Assembly: GCA_965216565.1 (NCBI GenBank)
Contig: OZ244170.1
Span: 3,040,001-3,104,000, forward strand
Direction: 5' to 3'
From: Bythopirellula sp.
GTDB lineage: Bacteria > Planctomycetota > Planctomycetia > Pirellulales > Lacipirellulaceae
Length of the DNA: 64,000 bases
The notes under the pieces are model-generated. The model did no database searches and was not told where the DNA came from. It was given only the letters and a program-made list of their open reading frames with translations. Both the position numbers and the translations under genes were made by a program. Below, in pieces: positions 38,777-49,078 of this stretch (position 1 is its first letter; each line of letters begins with the position of its first letter).

Positions 38777-41083
38777 ATGTCTCTCGACGCCGCCATACTC
38801 CGTCACGTAAACGATCCCAGCTACCGCCCCGCCAAGCCGAAGGTGATTGCCAAGAAACTCGGCCTGGAAGGCGAAGATATTACACGGCTGAAGCGTTCGA
38901 TCAAGACGCTCGTCAAAGAGGGGAAACTCGCCTACGGTCCCAGCCATTTGGTTTGCCCCGTGATGGAGAGTCACCCGGCGTCGAAGGTGGGGCAGGCGCC
39001 GGCGCGGAACAAAACACCTAAGCATATTGTGGGCACGTTCCGCAGCACCGACAGTGGCTACGGTTTTGTCCGACCAGAGAACACCACGCCCTCCATGGGC
39101 CGCGATGCCGACATTTATATCCCCGCCAAGGGCACCGGCGACGCTGCCAATGGCGACACCGTGCGGATTCGCATCGGCAACAAGAAAAGTCGCCAGGGCA
39201 AAATCGAAGGCAAAATCATCGACATCGTCGAGCGGGCCACCAGTCGCTTCGTCGGCACCTATCTCATCGAAGGCGGCATGGGGTGGGTGCAAATCGATGG
39301 CAAGGTGTTCACCACCCCCATCTATGTCGGCGATCCCGGAGCCAAAGGTACGCAGCCCGATGACAAGGTCGTGGTCGATATGGTCCGCTTTCCCTCGCAC
39401 GTCCGCGATGGCGAGGGCGTGATTGTCGAAATCCTCGGCCAGCGCGGTCAGCCCGGCGTCGATACGCTATCGATCATTCACGAATACAACCTGCCCGGCG
39501 AATTCGCCGACGACGCCATTGAAAATTCCCGCAAACAGGCCGACAAATTCGACGAATCGATTCCCCGCGGTCGCAAGGATCTTACGGCCGAAACAGTGAT
39601 CACCATCGATCCCGCTACGGCCCGCGACTTCGACGATGCCATTTCGTTAGAGCGGCTCGACAATGGTCATTGGCAGTTAGGTGTCCACATCGCGGACGTT
39701 TCCCACTTCGTCCGTCCCCGGAGTGCGCTCGACCGCGAAGCCAAAGATCGGGCGACCAGCGTCTACCTGCCCGACCGCGTGATTCCGATGTTGCCGGAAA
39801 TTATCTCCAACAATCTGGCGAGTTTGCAGCCCGACAAAGTTCGCTACGCCATGACGGCGATCATCGAGTTCAGCGACGAAGGTCAGCGGATTGCCACCGA
39901 CGTCTATAAAAGTGCCATCAAGAGCTGCCGGCGGTTTACTTATGAAGAAGTCGACGAGTACCTCGCCAATCGTGCTGGCTGGAAGAAAAAACTCACCGCC
40001 GCGGTGCACGAGCTTCTGGGCAACATGCACGAGCTGGCCATGATGCTACGTCAGCGCCGAATGAAACGTGGCTCGCTGGAACTGCACATGCCCGAGTTGG
40101 AAATCGATCTCAACAAAGATGGCGAGGTCACCGGCGCCCACCTGGCGGAAAATACCGAGAGCCACCAGATCATCGAAGAATTTATGCTCGCCGCCAACGA
40201 GGCGGTGGCCGAGACGCTCGCCGACCAAGGGCTACTCTTCCTGCGTCGCGTGCATGGCAAACCCGACCCCCGCAAACTTAAAGCGCTCAACGAATTTGTT
40301 AAAGACCTGGGGTTCAAAACCGAGAGCCTCGAAAGCCGATTTGCCTTGCAGAAGCTTTTGAACGAAGTGAAAGACGATCCCCGTCAGCACGCCGTCAACT
40401 ACGCCGTGCTCCGCAGTATGCAAAAGGCGATCTACAGCCCCGAGGAAGAAGGCCATTACGCCCTGGCCAGCGATTGCTATTGCCATTTCACGTCGCCCAT
40501 TCGCCGGTATCCCGACCTCACCGTGCACCGTCTGATCGACGCCCTCAACCGTGGCAAACCGCCCGAGCAGCAGATGGACGCCCTGCTCTCCTTGGGCGAT
40601 CACTGCAGCGAGCGGGAACAACGGGCCGCCGCTGCCGAGCGAGAATTGAAGAAGGTCAAGCTGCTGTCTTATTTTCAAGATAAGGTTGGTGAAAAGCTGG
40701 AAGGCATCGTCACCGGCGTCGAAAGCTTTGGCCTGTTCATCACCGGCACCGAGATCCCCGCCGAGGGATTTGTGCACATCAGTGCACTTACCGACGACTA
40801 CTACAAATTCGATCGCGGCGGCCACATCATCAAAGGCTTCCGCACGGGCAACAGCTACCGCCTCGGCGACCGCGTGCAGGTGGCCGTCGCGTCGGTCGAC
40901 CTCGACCGCCGCGAACTCGACTTTCGCCTGCTCTCCAAAGGCGGAGGCAAACGCAGCGATAAAAAGGGCGGCAAACGCGACACGAAACGCAGCTCCAAGG
41001 GAAAAACCTCCCGCAAACCCAAAGCCCGCAGCAACCCGAAGAAAAAGAAAAAAGGCGGCAAAGGCAAACGGCGGAAGAAGTAG
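38777..41083 (+). CDS. rnr: Ribonuclease R
   Basis: TIDPATARDFDDA, HIADVS, IEEFML.AN, HFTSPIRRYPDL, S1 domain, basic tail. Confidence 0.95.
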   Translation: MSLDAAILRHVNDPSYRPAKPKVIAKKLGLEGEDITRLKRSIKTLVKEGKLAYGPSHLVCPVMESHPASKVGQAPARNKTPKHIVGTFRSTDSGYGFVRPENTTPSMGRDADIYIPAKGTGDAANGDTVRIRIGNKKSRQGKIEGKIIDIVERATSRFVGTYLIEGGMGWVQIDGKVFTTPIYVGDPGAKGTQPDDKVVVDMVRFPSHVRDGEGVIVEILGQRGQPGVDTLSIIHEYNLPGEFADDAIENSRKQADKFDESIPRGRKDLTAETVITIDPATARDFDDAISLERLDNGHWQLGVHIADVSHFVRPRSALDREAKDRATSVYLPDRVIPMLPEIISNNLASLQPDKVRYAMTAIIEFSDEGQRIATDVYKSAIKSCRRFTYEEVDEYLANRAGWKKKLTAAVHELLGNMHELAMMLRQRRMKRGSLELHMPELEIDLNKDGEVTGAHLAENTESHQIIEEFMLAANEAVAETLADQGLLFLRRVHGKPDPRKLKALNEFVKDLGFKTESLESRFALQKLLNEVKDDPRQHAVNYAVLRSMQKAIYSPEEEGHYALASDCYCHFTSPIRRYPDLTVHRLIDALNRGKPPEQQMDALLSLGDHCSEREQRAAAAERELKKVKLLSYFQDKVGEKLEGIVTGVESFGLFITGTEIPAEGFVHISALTDDYYKFDRGGHIIKGFRTGNSYRLGDRVQVAVASVDLDRRELDFRLLSKGGGKRSDKKGGKRDTKRSSKGKTSRKPKARSNPKKKKKGGKGKRRKK

Positions 41084-41183
41084 CTGGGTGGCTGTCGGCT
41101 ATCGGCTGTCGGCTGTCAATTGTTGTTTGGGTGGCACCGACAGTCGCTCGCAAGTGATACTATCACTGTTTAAACTTGATTCG

Positions 41184-41291
41184 AGATAAATGGGGACATG
41201 CTACTTTTTCACCTCCGATCCAGCCTCGCTGCATTATTTTAATCTCGCTTACCCCCTACTCTAGAAAAAGTAGTATGTCCTCTTTATTTCT
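41184..41291. repeat. Inverted repeat abutting the SMI1 gene stop
   Basis: GGACATGCTACTTTTTC ... GAAAAAGTAGTATGTCC arms. Confidence 0.7.
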
Positions 41292-42134
41292 CTAACCCAA
41301 CAGACGTTCAAGCCAGTCTTCGAAGTCAGAATCTTGACGGCGGGCGAAGAGCATATTCATATTGAGAGTTCGTACGCGGTCTGGCGTACCCCTGCTTTGG
41401 ATTGCTTCTACGAATTCATCGAAAGCCCTTTCGTCTGCGCTCAATAATGCTCGAGCTTCTTCGGAGTCGATCGCGGAGAGACGCGAGAGCGCTCGACTAC
41501 GAACATACTCATCGCCAGACTCAAGAATCTCACCGATCTGCGTTACTTCGTCGTCCGCACATAGATCCAAAGCAAAGCACATGAGTAAGGATTCTCCATT
41601 GGGATCCTCAAGCTCTCCACGTTTCTGAAGAAGTTCTACACGTGCTTTGCTCAACCCAGGCGACCGATCTTTTGGGGGAAGCGTCGTCACCGTTTTCGAG
41701 TCATAAGCTTCCACGGCTGATTCGGACTCGGCAAGGAGAGTTAGCATCTCTTCCAAACTCTGGAATCTGAGGCACGAGTCACCATCATGAAAAATGTGTG
41801 CTACCATGCCCGTCAGGGGGCCCTGTGTGATCACACACAGAGGATTGGAATCACAGGCATCGAGTGCTAATAGCAATTTTAACTCCGAAACAAACGCCCA
41901 AGCTTCGAAAGCAGGCCAGCAAGATAGCATTGACGTTGTAGATAGAAACTCGAGCCGCATTTTATCATTTCGCAGGCCATTGCATTGCAGTAGAAATTTT
42001 CTTATCGGCTCGGAAAGTCTTCCACCAAATGTCTGCTCGACTGAGGCCAATGCATTGCCGGTAGCTGGGGGGGCCGCTTCAAATCCTTGTTTGGCAATTA
42101 ATGCCTCGATTGCCGACTGAATTCTCGATGACAT
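41292..42134 (-). CDS. SMI1/KNR4 (SUKH) family protein with HEAT-like repeat
   Basis: PPAT...L..VE..FG..L...I..FL..CNG signature; DEYVRSRALSRL helical repeat. Confidence 0.72.
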   Translation of the reverse strand: MSSRIQSAIEALIAKQGFEAAPPATGNALASVEQTFGGRLSEPIRKFLLQCNGLRNDKMRLEFLSTTSMLSCWPAFEAWAFVSELKLLLALDACDSNPLCVITQGPLTGMVAHIFHDGDSCLRFQSLEEMLTLLAESESAVEAYDSKTVTTLPPKDRSPGLSKARVELLQKRGELEDPNGESLLMCFALDLCADDEVTQIGEILESGDEYVRSRALSRLSAIDSEEARALLSADERAFDEFVEAIQSRGTPDRVRTLNMNMLFARRQDSDFEDWLERLLG

Positions 42135-42515
42135 TGCCCTGTCCCTCTGCTTTCCAATCGCTGACTATTTCGACTATCAGTGCGATTCCATTAGAACGAG
42201 ATGCGACATGGATTACTAGAAACACATGTGTTTCTAGAAAATCATCGTACTGTCGCAGTTTGTTCTCGGATACTTCGTCGACGGTCGCCTTCTCGGGCTA
42301 ACAATGGCATCGCACCTGCCTCTGCTTACCTCTTCCGTATTCGTTCATCAGCACCCTGCCTTGCGATGCGTGGCATCGCGGTTGGCTCTGGATTCGTTTA
42401 TCCCGTCGCTGACGCTCGGGGCTTGCCATTCGTCTTCCGCTGAGCCCCTAGAACGCCGCGCCTAAACCGCTAGAATAGTGATGCACCATCACACCGCATC
42501 CCCCTCCCTAGCGCT

Positions 42516-43634
42516 ATGGATATCGCTTCCCAACTCGAACGCACGCCCCTTTACGATTGGCATGTGAATCACGACGCCCGGATGGTCGAGTTTGCCGGGT
42601 GGTCGATGCCGATCCAGTATTCGTCGATCGTCGAGGAACATCAGCTCACTCGCAATGCGGTCGGGTTGTTCGACATCTCGCACATGGGCCGCATTCTGGT
42701 GGAGGGGCCCGACGGCGGGAAGTTTCTCGATTCGCTCCTCACCCGCTCCGTGGCCGACATGAAGGCGAGCCAAATTCGCTATTCGCTCATCTGCAACGAG
42801 GCGGGCATGGTGCTCGACGATGTGCTCGCCTATCGCCCCGTCATCAACGCCGACAAACCCCTCGGCTATGGCCTGGTTGTTAATGCCAGCAATCGCGAGA
42901 AGATTGTCGCCTGGCTGGAAAAACACAAGGGCTCCCACAACGTCGAACTGCGCGACATGACCAAGGCCTACGCCATGATCTCCGCCCAGGGACCGCAGGC
43001 GATTCCGCTGATTGACAAACACACCGAGAGCGAAGTGACCGCGCTGCGTTACTACACCGGCGAGATGATGACCGTTTGCGGGGTCGACTGCTTTGTGAGC
43101 CGCACCGGCTACACAGGTGAAGATGGGTGCGAATTGATTTGCGACGAAGACAAGATTGCTGCCGTGTGGGAAGCCCTGGTGACAGACGCCACAGAGCTGG
43201 GCGGCGGGGTCGTCGGTTTGGCGGCGCGCGATACCCTGCGGCTCGAAGCGGGAATGCCCCTCTATGGCCACGAATTGACCGAAACGGTCAACCCGGTTGC
43301 CGCCGGGCTCGAGTTTGCGGTTAACATGCGTGACCGCGATTTTGTGGGCAAAGATGCGATCCTCAAGTTTCGTAGCGACAACACCCAACCGGTGCGGATC
43401 GGCATGCAACTGGAAGGGCGGCGTGTGCCGCGCGAGGGATGCCCGATTTTAATGAGCGAAGAGACCGTGGGCTGCGTCACCAGCGGCACGTTTTCGCCCA
43501 CCTTTGATCGACCGATTGCCATGGGTTACGTCAAACAAATTGCCGCCGCCCCGGGGACGTCGATCGCCGTCGACATCCGCGGCAAAGTCCACGCAGCCAA
43601 GATCGTCCCGTTGCCCTTCTATCACCGGGGCTAG
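42516..43634 (+). CDS. gcvT: Glycine cleavage system T protein
   Basis: RTPLY, FAGW.MP, LFDISHMG, SRTGYTGEDG.E, ARDTLRLEAG. Confidence 0.97.
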   Translation: MDIASQLERTPLYDWHVNHDARMVEFAGWSMPIQYSSIVEEHQLTRNAVGLFDISHMGRILVEGPDGGKFLDSLLTRSVADMKASQIRYSLICNEAGMVLDDVLAYRPVINADKPLGYGLVVNASNREKIVAWLEKHKGSHNVELRDMTKAYAMISAQGPQAIPLIDKHTESEVTALRYYTGEMMTVCGVDCFVSRTGYTGEDGCELICDEDKIAAVWEALVTDATELGGGVVGLAARDTLRLEAGMPLYGHELTETVNPVAAGLEFAVNMRDRDFVGKDAILKFRSDNTQPVRIGMQLEGRRVPREGCPILMSEETVGCVTSGTFSPTFDRPIAMGYVKQIAAAPGTSIAVDIRGKVHAAKIVPLPFYHRG

Positions 43635-43653
43635 AATACTCGGAGAGGAAACA

Positions 43654-44046
43654 ATGAAACCTGAAGAACTACAATACGCCAAGACGCACGAGTGGGTCGC
43701 CGTCAGCGAAGAAGGCGGCGCGAAGATCGCCACGCTGGGGCTCTCGGCCTTTGCCATCGAAGAATTGACCGACCTGGTCTACATCGACCTGCCGGCTGTA
43801 GGCGCCAACGTAGAACAGGGTCAGCCCTTTTGCGAAGTCGAATCCGTCAAAGCGGTCAGCGACATCTATTCCCCCGTCAACGGCGAAGTGACCGCCGTCA
43901 ACGAATCCCTGCCCGACGCGCTGGAAACCTTGAGCAACGATCCCTACGAAGCCGGTTGGATCGCGAAGATCAAGATCACAGACGAAGCCGGCCTCGACGA
44001 ACTACTCAGCCACGACGCGTATCAGAAACAGTGCGAGAATGTTTGA
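43654..44046 (+). CDS. gcvH: Glycine cleavage system H protein
   Basis: HEWV, VESVKAVSD lipoyl-Lys motif, DPY..GW. Confidence 0.96.
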   Translation: MKPEELQYAKTHEWVAVSEEGGAKIATLGLSAFAIEELTDLVYIDLPAVGANVEQGQPFCEVESVKAVSDIYSPVNGEVTAVNESLPDALETLSNDPYEAGWIAKIKITDEAGLDELLSHDAYQKQCENV

Positions 44047-44197
44047 AGGTTGAATTCTGAAGTTTGAATGTTGAAGGGCAAAATGTCGTGCTTCACGTGA
44101 TTCAACATCTTTCTGATAGGCGACCTCACTCATAGCACTTACAACGAGTAACCCTCCCACTTCAAAATTCAACCTTCTCACTTCAAACTTGCTCCCT

Positions 44198-45571
44198 ATG
44201 CCTTACCTCTACAACACCCCCGAAGATCAGCAAGCGATGTTGGAGGCCATCGGTGCGCAGTCGATCGACGAATTGTTTGATCCGATTCCCGATGAGCTCA
44301 AGCTGACCCGTCCGCTCGCACTCCCTGCCGCCATGTCGGAAGTAGAGCTCGACGCCCACTTTCGCGAGCTCCAGTCCAACAACGGACATGCCGGCGAAAA
44401 GGTCTGCTTCCTGGGTGGTGGGTGTTACGATCACTTTGTGCCGGCGGTGGTCGATACCATCGGCTCTCGCAGCGAGTTCTACACTTCCTACACCCCCTAC
44501 CAGGCCGAAGCCAGTCAGGGCAATCTGCAGGTGATGTTCGAGTACCAATCGCTCATCACCGAGCTCACCGGCATGGATGTTTCCAATGCCAGTCTGTACG
44601 ACGGCGCCAGTGCCGCGGCCGAGGCGGTGCTGATGGCCCTCGGTGCCACCGGTCGCAAAAAGATTGTCGTCCCGGCGAGCCTGCATCCGGAATACCGCTC
44701 CACGATCGTCACCTATCTGGAAAACCTCGACGCCGACGTCAAGCTCGTCGAAACACCGGGCGGAGTGATCGATGCCGAGCAACTGCGAGCCGCGGTTGAC
44801 GATTCCACCGCTGCCGTGGTGCTCCAGCAACCCAACTTTTTCGGCTGCATCGAAGATGCCCAATCGGTGGCGAAGATCGCGCAGCAAGCAGGGGCCCTGT
44901 TGATCGGCGTGTTCGATCCCATCAGCTTGGGCATCCTTAAGCGTCCCGGCGATTACGGCGCGAACATCGCCGTGGCCGAGGGGCACACGATGGGCACGCC
45001 GATGTCCTATGGTGGGCCCTTCCTGGGAATCATGGCGTGCGACCAGTCGCTGGTCCGCCGCATGCCGGGCCGCATCGCAGGACAAACGGTCGACCGCCGC
45101 GGCAATCGCTGCTACGTCCTCACCCTGCAAACCCGCGAACAACACATCCGTCGCGAAAAGGCCACCAGTAACGTTTGCACCAACCAGGGTCTGTTCGCCC
45201 TCCGGGCCACCGTGTATCTCACGCAACTTGGTCCCCAGGGCTTGCGCGAGACGGCCAACCTATGCTTGCAAAAGTCTCGCTACGCCGCCGAGCAACTCTG
45301 CCAGGGGGAACGGTTCACACTGGCATTTGACGAGCCAACCTTCAAAGAATTTGTCGTTCGCGATGCCGAGAACCGCGTCGACGAGCTCATGGAAACCGCG
45401 CTTGATGCCGGTTTCCACGCCGGGGTGCCCCTCGGTCAGTGGTACCCGGAACTACAAGACTGCTTCCTGGTGGCGGTGACCGAAAAACGAACTAAAGCAG
45501 ACATCGACCGACTGGTCACTACCCTTAATGTCGAAGCTCGGAATGAAGCTGCCATCCCATCCAATACGTAA
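44198..45571 (+). CDS. gcvPA: Glycine dehydrogenase subunit 1
   Basis: YTPYQAEASQG, NASLYDG, REQHIRREKATSNVCTNQ. Confidence 0.96.
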   Translation: MPYLYNTPEDQQAMLEAIGAQSIDELFDPIPDELKLTRPLALPAAMSEVELDAHFRELQSNNGHAGEKVCFLGGGCYDHFVPAVVDTIGSRSEFYTSYTPYQAEASQGNLQVMFEYQSLITELTGMDVSNASLYDGASAAAEAVLMALGATGRKKIVVPASLHPEYRSTIVTYLENLDADVKLVETPGGVIDAEQLRAAVDDSTAAVVLQQPNFFGCIEDAQSVAKIAQQAGALLIGVFDPISLGILKRPGDYGANIAVAEGHTMGTPMSYGGPFLGIMACDQSLVRRMPGRIAGQTVDRRGNRCYVLTLQTREQHIRREKATSNVCTNQGLFALRATVYLTQLGPQGLRETANLCLQKSRYAAEQLCQGERFTLAFDEPTFKEFVVRDAENRVDELMETALDAGFHAGVPLGQWYPELQDCFLVAVTEKRTKADIDRLVTTLNVEARNEAAIPSNT

Positions 45572-45582
45572 GGGGGCCACCC

Positions 45583-45996
45583 ATGAAGGCCATAGCACAA
45601 CCTTTATTCACTCTGGGCATAATTATTTCGTTGTTGGTGATCCTCTGTTCCTACTCAAATCCTACAACGGCAGAACAAACGGGAGACAAATCATCGTCAC
45701 TTCCAGGAGTATTCGAAGAAGGCAAGATAGTTACGCTCATTTTGGACGAATCAAGTGCCCTAGAGAGCAAAACATCGACTAGAACACTGACAAACGCAAG
45801 AATCGTAGAAATCGGGAAGCGTTTTTTTATTACGGGAACCGCCTATGTTACAGATCATGATGTCTACGAGAATTCCAAATATATGGAAGGTGTGTTCGTT
45901 GGCATCGCATGGGACAGCGTTTCCGAATTTCGTGAGCACACCAAAGAGCAATTCGACAACTATCTTGAAGAATGGAAGAGACGCTCCGAACAATAG
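45583..45996 (+). CDS. Hypothetical exported protein inserted in the gcv operon
   Basis: Signal-like N-terminus; visibly A/T-richer codons than neighbours. Confidence 0.65.
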   Translation: MKAIAQPLFTLGIIISLLVILCSYSNPTTAEQTGDKSSSLPGVFEEGKIVTLILDESSALESKTSTRTLTNARIVEIGKRFFITGTAYVTDHDVYENSKYMEGVFVGIAWDSVSEFREHTKEQFDNYLEEWKRRSEQ

Positions 45997-46057
45997 CCAA
46001 GCAAGTCAGACCTGAGCCGTAAGGTGCGTTTCGCTAATGCTACACGCACCCTACAAT

Positions 46058-46109
46058 TTCCTGGTGAGGGTGACCGAAAAACGAACTAAAGTAGACATCG
46101 ACCGACTGG
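46058..46109 (+). repeat. Duplicated segment of the gcvPA 3' end (copy of 45464-45515)
   Basis: 49/52 identical by eye; encodes FLVRVTEKRTKVDIDRL. Confidence 0.92.
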
Positions 46110-46273
46110 CTCAAACCCTAAACGGGCAAGCAAACGCACAGCTACAAACGGCTTCATCAGAAGGAATAGCTTCTCGCGAAGGCGCGAAGACGCAGAGGAA
46201 CTAGCTTTCGAAGCTTTGCGTCTTCGCGCCTTTGCGAGAGACGTTACAAGAGTCTTTACTATTAAGAATCGAT

Positions 46274-47740
46274 ATGCGTAACAATCGCGACACCAAACTG
46301 ATCTTTGAACTTTCCAAGCCGGGCCGTCGCGCGGCACGTTTGCCGGCGTGCGATGTGCCCGAACGCGAGTTGCAGGACCTGCTGCCTGCCGGTTCCTTCG
46401 CCGAAGAGCCCCCTGCCCTGCCGGAGGTTTCCGAACCGCAAATCGTGCGGCACTTCGTCAATCTTTCTACGCAGAACATGTCGGTCGACACGCATTTCTA
46501 TCCCTTGGGCAGTTGCACCATGAAGTACAACCCCAAGCGGAACGAACGCGCCGCCGCCATGCCGGGCATGGCCGACCTGCATCCCTATCAGTCAGAAGCG
46601 TCGCTGCAAGGGATGCTCGAACTCCTCCACGGCATGCAGGAATACTTACAGGAAATCTCGGGGCTTCCCGCCTGTTCGCTGCAGCCTGCCGCGGGGGCGC
46701 ACGGCGAACTCACCGCGCTAATGGTCGCCGCCGCCTACTTTCGCGACAGTGATCAAAGGAGTGGCAAACAGCGCACCAAGGTCCTCGTGCCCGACAATGC
46801 TCACGGCACCAACCCGGCCAGCGCCATCATGGCGGGATTTAAGTCGGTCTCTGTGAAAACCACCGCCTCGGGTTTCGTCGACATGGACGACTTCGCCGCG
46901 AAGTGCGACGATCAGGTTGCCGTGCTGATGATCACCAACCCCAGCACGTTGGGACTTTTTGAACCCAACATGCGCGAGATTGCCGACCAGGTTCACGCGC
47001 AGGGCGGACTGGTCTATCTGGATGGAGCCAACATGAATGCCATTCTGGGCATCAGCCGTCCCGGCGATTTTGGCGTCGACATGCAACACTATAATCCGCA
47101 CAAAACATTCAGCGGCCCCCACGGTGGCGGCGGACCCGGTGCTGGCCCAATCTGTGTGACGGAAAAGCTCGCCGACTATTTGCCGGTTCCGGTGGTGCGT
47201 AAGAACGACGAGCGTTACTCGCTGGACTTCAAGCTCCCCAAAACAATTGGCCGCGTCCGCGCGTTCTTTGGCAACGTCGGCGTCTTGGTCCGCGCTTACG
47301 CCTATATCCGTACGCATGGCCCCGATGGTTTGAAGAGTGTCTCGGAAAATGCCGTGCTCAATGCCAATTACGCACTCTCGCGAATCAAGCACATTCTTCC
47401 GGTCCCGCAGGGCCACCGCTGCATGCACGAATTCGTGGCCACAGCCAGCGAACTCAAGCGCGAGAAGAACATCACTGCGATGGACATTGCCAAACGGTTG
47501 CTCGACTATGGATTCCATGCCCCCACCGTTTATTTTCCACTAACGGTGCCCGAGGCCATCATGGTGGAGCCCACAGAAACCGAGAGCAAAGAAACGCTCG
47601 ACGCGTTTGCCGAAGTGCTGTTCCGCATCACCGAGGAAGATCCGGATCTGTTGCACGATGCCCCCCACTCAACTGCTGTAAGCCGCCCCGATGAAGTCGG
47701 CGCCGCCCGCAAGCCAGTCCTTTGTTTTTGTGCGGGATAG
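46274..47740 (+). CDS. gcvPB: Glycine dehydrogenase subunit 2
   Basis: YPLGSCTMKYNP, HGTNPASA, HKTF..PHGGGGPG, EPTETE. Confidence 0.96.
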   Translation: MRNNRDTKLIFELSKPGRRAARLPACDVPERELQDLLPAGSFAEEPPALPEVSEPQIVRHFVNLSTQNMSVDTHFYPLGSCTMKYNPKRNERAAAMPGMADLHPYQSEASLQGMLELLHGMQEYLQEISGLPACSLQPAAGAHGELTALMVAAAYFRDSDQRSGKQRTKVLVPDNAHGTNPASAIMAGFKSVSVKTTASGFVDMDDFAAKCDDQVAVLMITNPSTLGLFEPNMREIADQVHAQGGLVYLDGANMNAILGISRPGDFGVDMQHYNPHKTFSGPHGGGGPGAGPICVTEKLADYLPVPVVRKNDERYSLDFKLPKTIGRVRAFFGNVGVLVRAYAYIRTHGPDGLKSVSENAVLNANYALSRIKHILPVPQGHRCMHEFVATASELKREKNITAMDIAKRLLDYGFHAPTVYFPLTVPEAIMVEPTETESKETLDAFAEVLFRITEEDPDLLHDAPHSTAVSRPDEVGAARKPVLCFCAG

Positions 47741-47951
47741 TGGCTTCATTGACACGAACTACTAACTTAATTCCCTCCCCTCGATGGGGAGGGTTAGGGA
47801 GGGGTGACAGCGGAGGGAATCACAACAGCCCCCCTCCCCGGCCCTCCCCACCGAGGGGAGGGAGTCGCAAACTCAAACCTCTAAACTTCTTGAGTCATCG
47901 CGGTGAATCCAATCCTCCTTCGCTTTGATTCTTTATCTTGCGTCCCCAACA

Positions 47952-48734
47952 ATGTCCTACCCCTGCCAACTGATCGTTGATCCGCCCGCCTCCGGGGCTC
48001 GGAATATGGCAGTCGACGAAGCACTCCTAGAGCATGTCGGCCAATCGGGCTCTGCAGTGTTGCGTCTCTACCGGTGGAAACGACCGACACTGTCGCTGGG
48101 CTATTTCCAGAATTGCGAAGACCGACAATCGCACCCGGCAAGTCTAGCCGCCGATGTGGTCCGCCGGCAAAGCGGCGGCGGGGCCATTCTCCACGACTCG
48201 GAGATTACCTACAGTTTTGTCGCACCGTCAGACCATCCTTGGGCCGGAGATACCCGGCAACTGTACGACACGTTCCATCAGTCTTTAATCACCTGGCTTA
48301 CTAATGTCGCCGGTAGTCAACTTGGCGAACGGCAGATTGTTCCCTGCAGCCCAGCGGTAGCAGACAATGGGAAGGAGGAGGCATTCCTGTGCTTTCAGCG
48401 CCGGTCGCGGGGCGACGTTTTAATCACCGACCGTACGGAGGCTGACGACTACAAAGTGATCGGCAGTGCCCAACGTCGCCGCCGCACCGCCGTTCTTCAG
48501 CATGGAAGTATTCTTTGGAATACCTCGCCGTTTGCTCCAGAGATTTGCGGTTTTGCGCAAGTGCTTGGAATTGACACAACAATTGAGCAGGCGTTTGAAA
48601 ATCTTGAGACCAATATCGGCACACTTTTGCCCCTGGAAATCGAGCCGATTAATTTGCCAGCTCCAGTTCAAGAGCTTGCCAGGCAGTTGGAAGCTTCTCG
48701 CTACGGCCAATCAGCTTGGACGAAGCGTCGCTAA
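47952..48734 (+). CDS. Lipoate-protein ligase / octanoyltransferase (LipM-like)
   Basis: NMAVDEALL, LRLY.W..PTLSLGYFQ, RR.SGGGA..H, K.IGSAQ, LQHGS. Confidence 0.88.
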   Translation: MSYPCQLIVDPPASGARNMAVDEALLEHVGQSGSAVLRLYRWKRPTLSLGYFQNCEDRQSHPASLAADVVRRQSGGGAILHDSEITYSFVAPSDHPWAGDTRQLYDTFHQSLITWLTNVAGSQLGERQIVPCSPAVADNGKEEAFLCFQRRSRGDVLITDRTEADDYKVIGSAQRRRRTAVLQHGSILWNTSPFAPEICGFAQVLGIDTTIEQAFENLETNIGTLLPLEIEPINLPAPVQELARQLEASRYGQSAWTKRR

Positions 48735-49078
48735 GGTCTCGAATACCGATCTGCCGATAAGAATAGGGTGATGCCGACAGAACTATTTCTGCGGAGGTTG
48801 CAGGCGGGCAATCCCCGGAAAATACCTAGGTAGAGGGGTACGAGCTAGGATTCGCGTGCATAGAATTCCTTTGGAACAGAGCCTGCTATTGCTGGCTGAT
48901 TAACCCGGTCCTTGTTATGCTAGGCATCGGATAATGAGTTTTCATGCTGAGCCATATAACAGTGGCCCTAGCAGGCAGTAACAATCTAGAGGACGGCTGA
49001 CTTTAGATCCTGTGTTGGAGACCCTGTGGGGGGGTCCCATCGATCAGGCTGGCCGGTCCATGGGTGGTACTTTTCTCA

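Noticed and set aside
42300..42515. Glycine riboswitch upstream of gcvT
   Set aside because: No recognisable aptamer core; the region is occupied by REP-like hairpins.
42489..47518. Long antisense ORFs (42489-43409, 44183-45226, 46718-47518; likewise 24328-25113 and 38756-39400)
   Set aside because: Shadows of well-supported genes in GC-rich DNA; no motifs.
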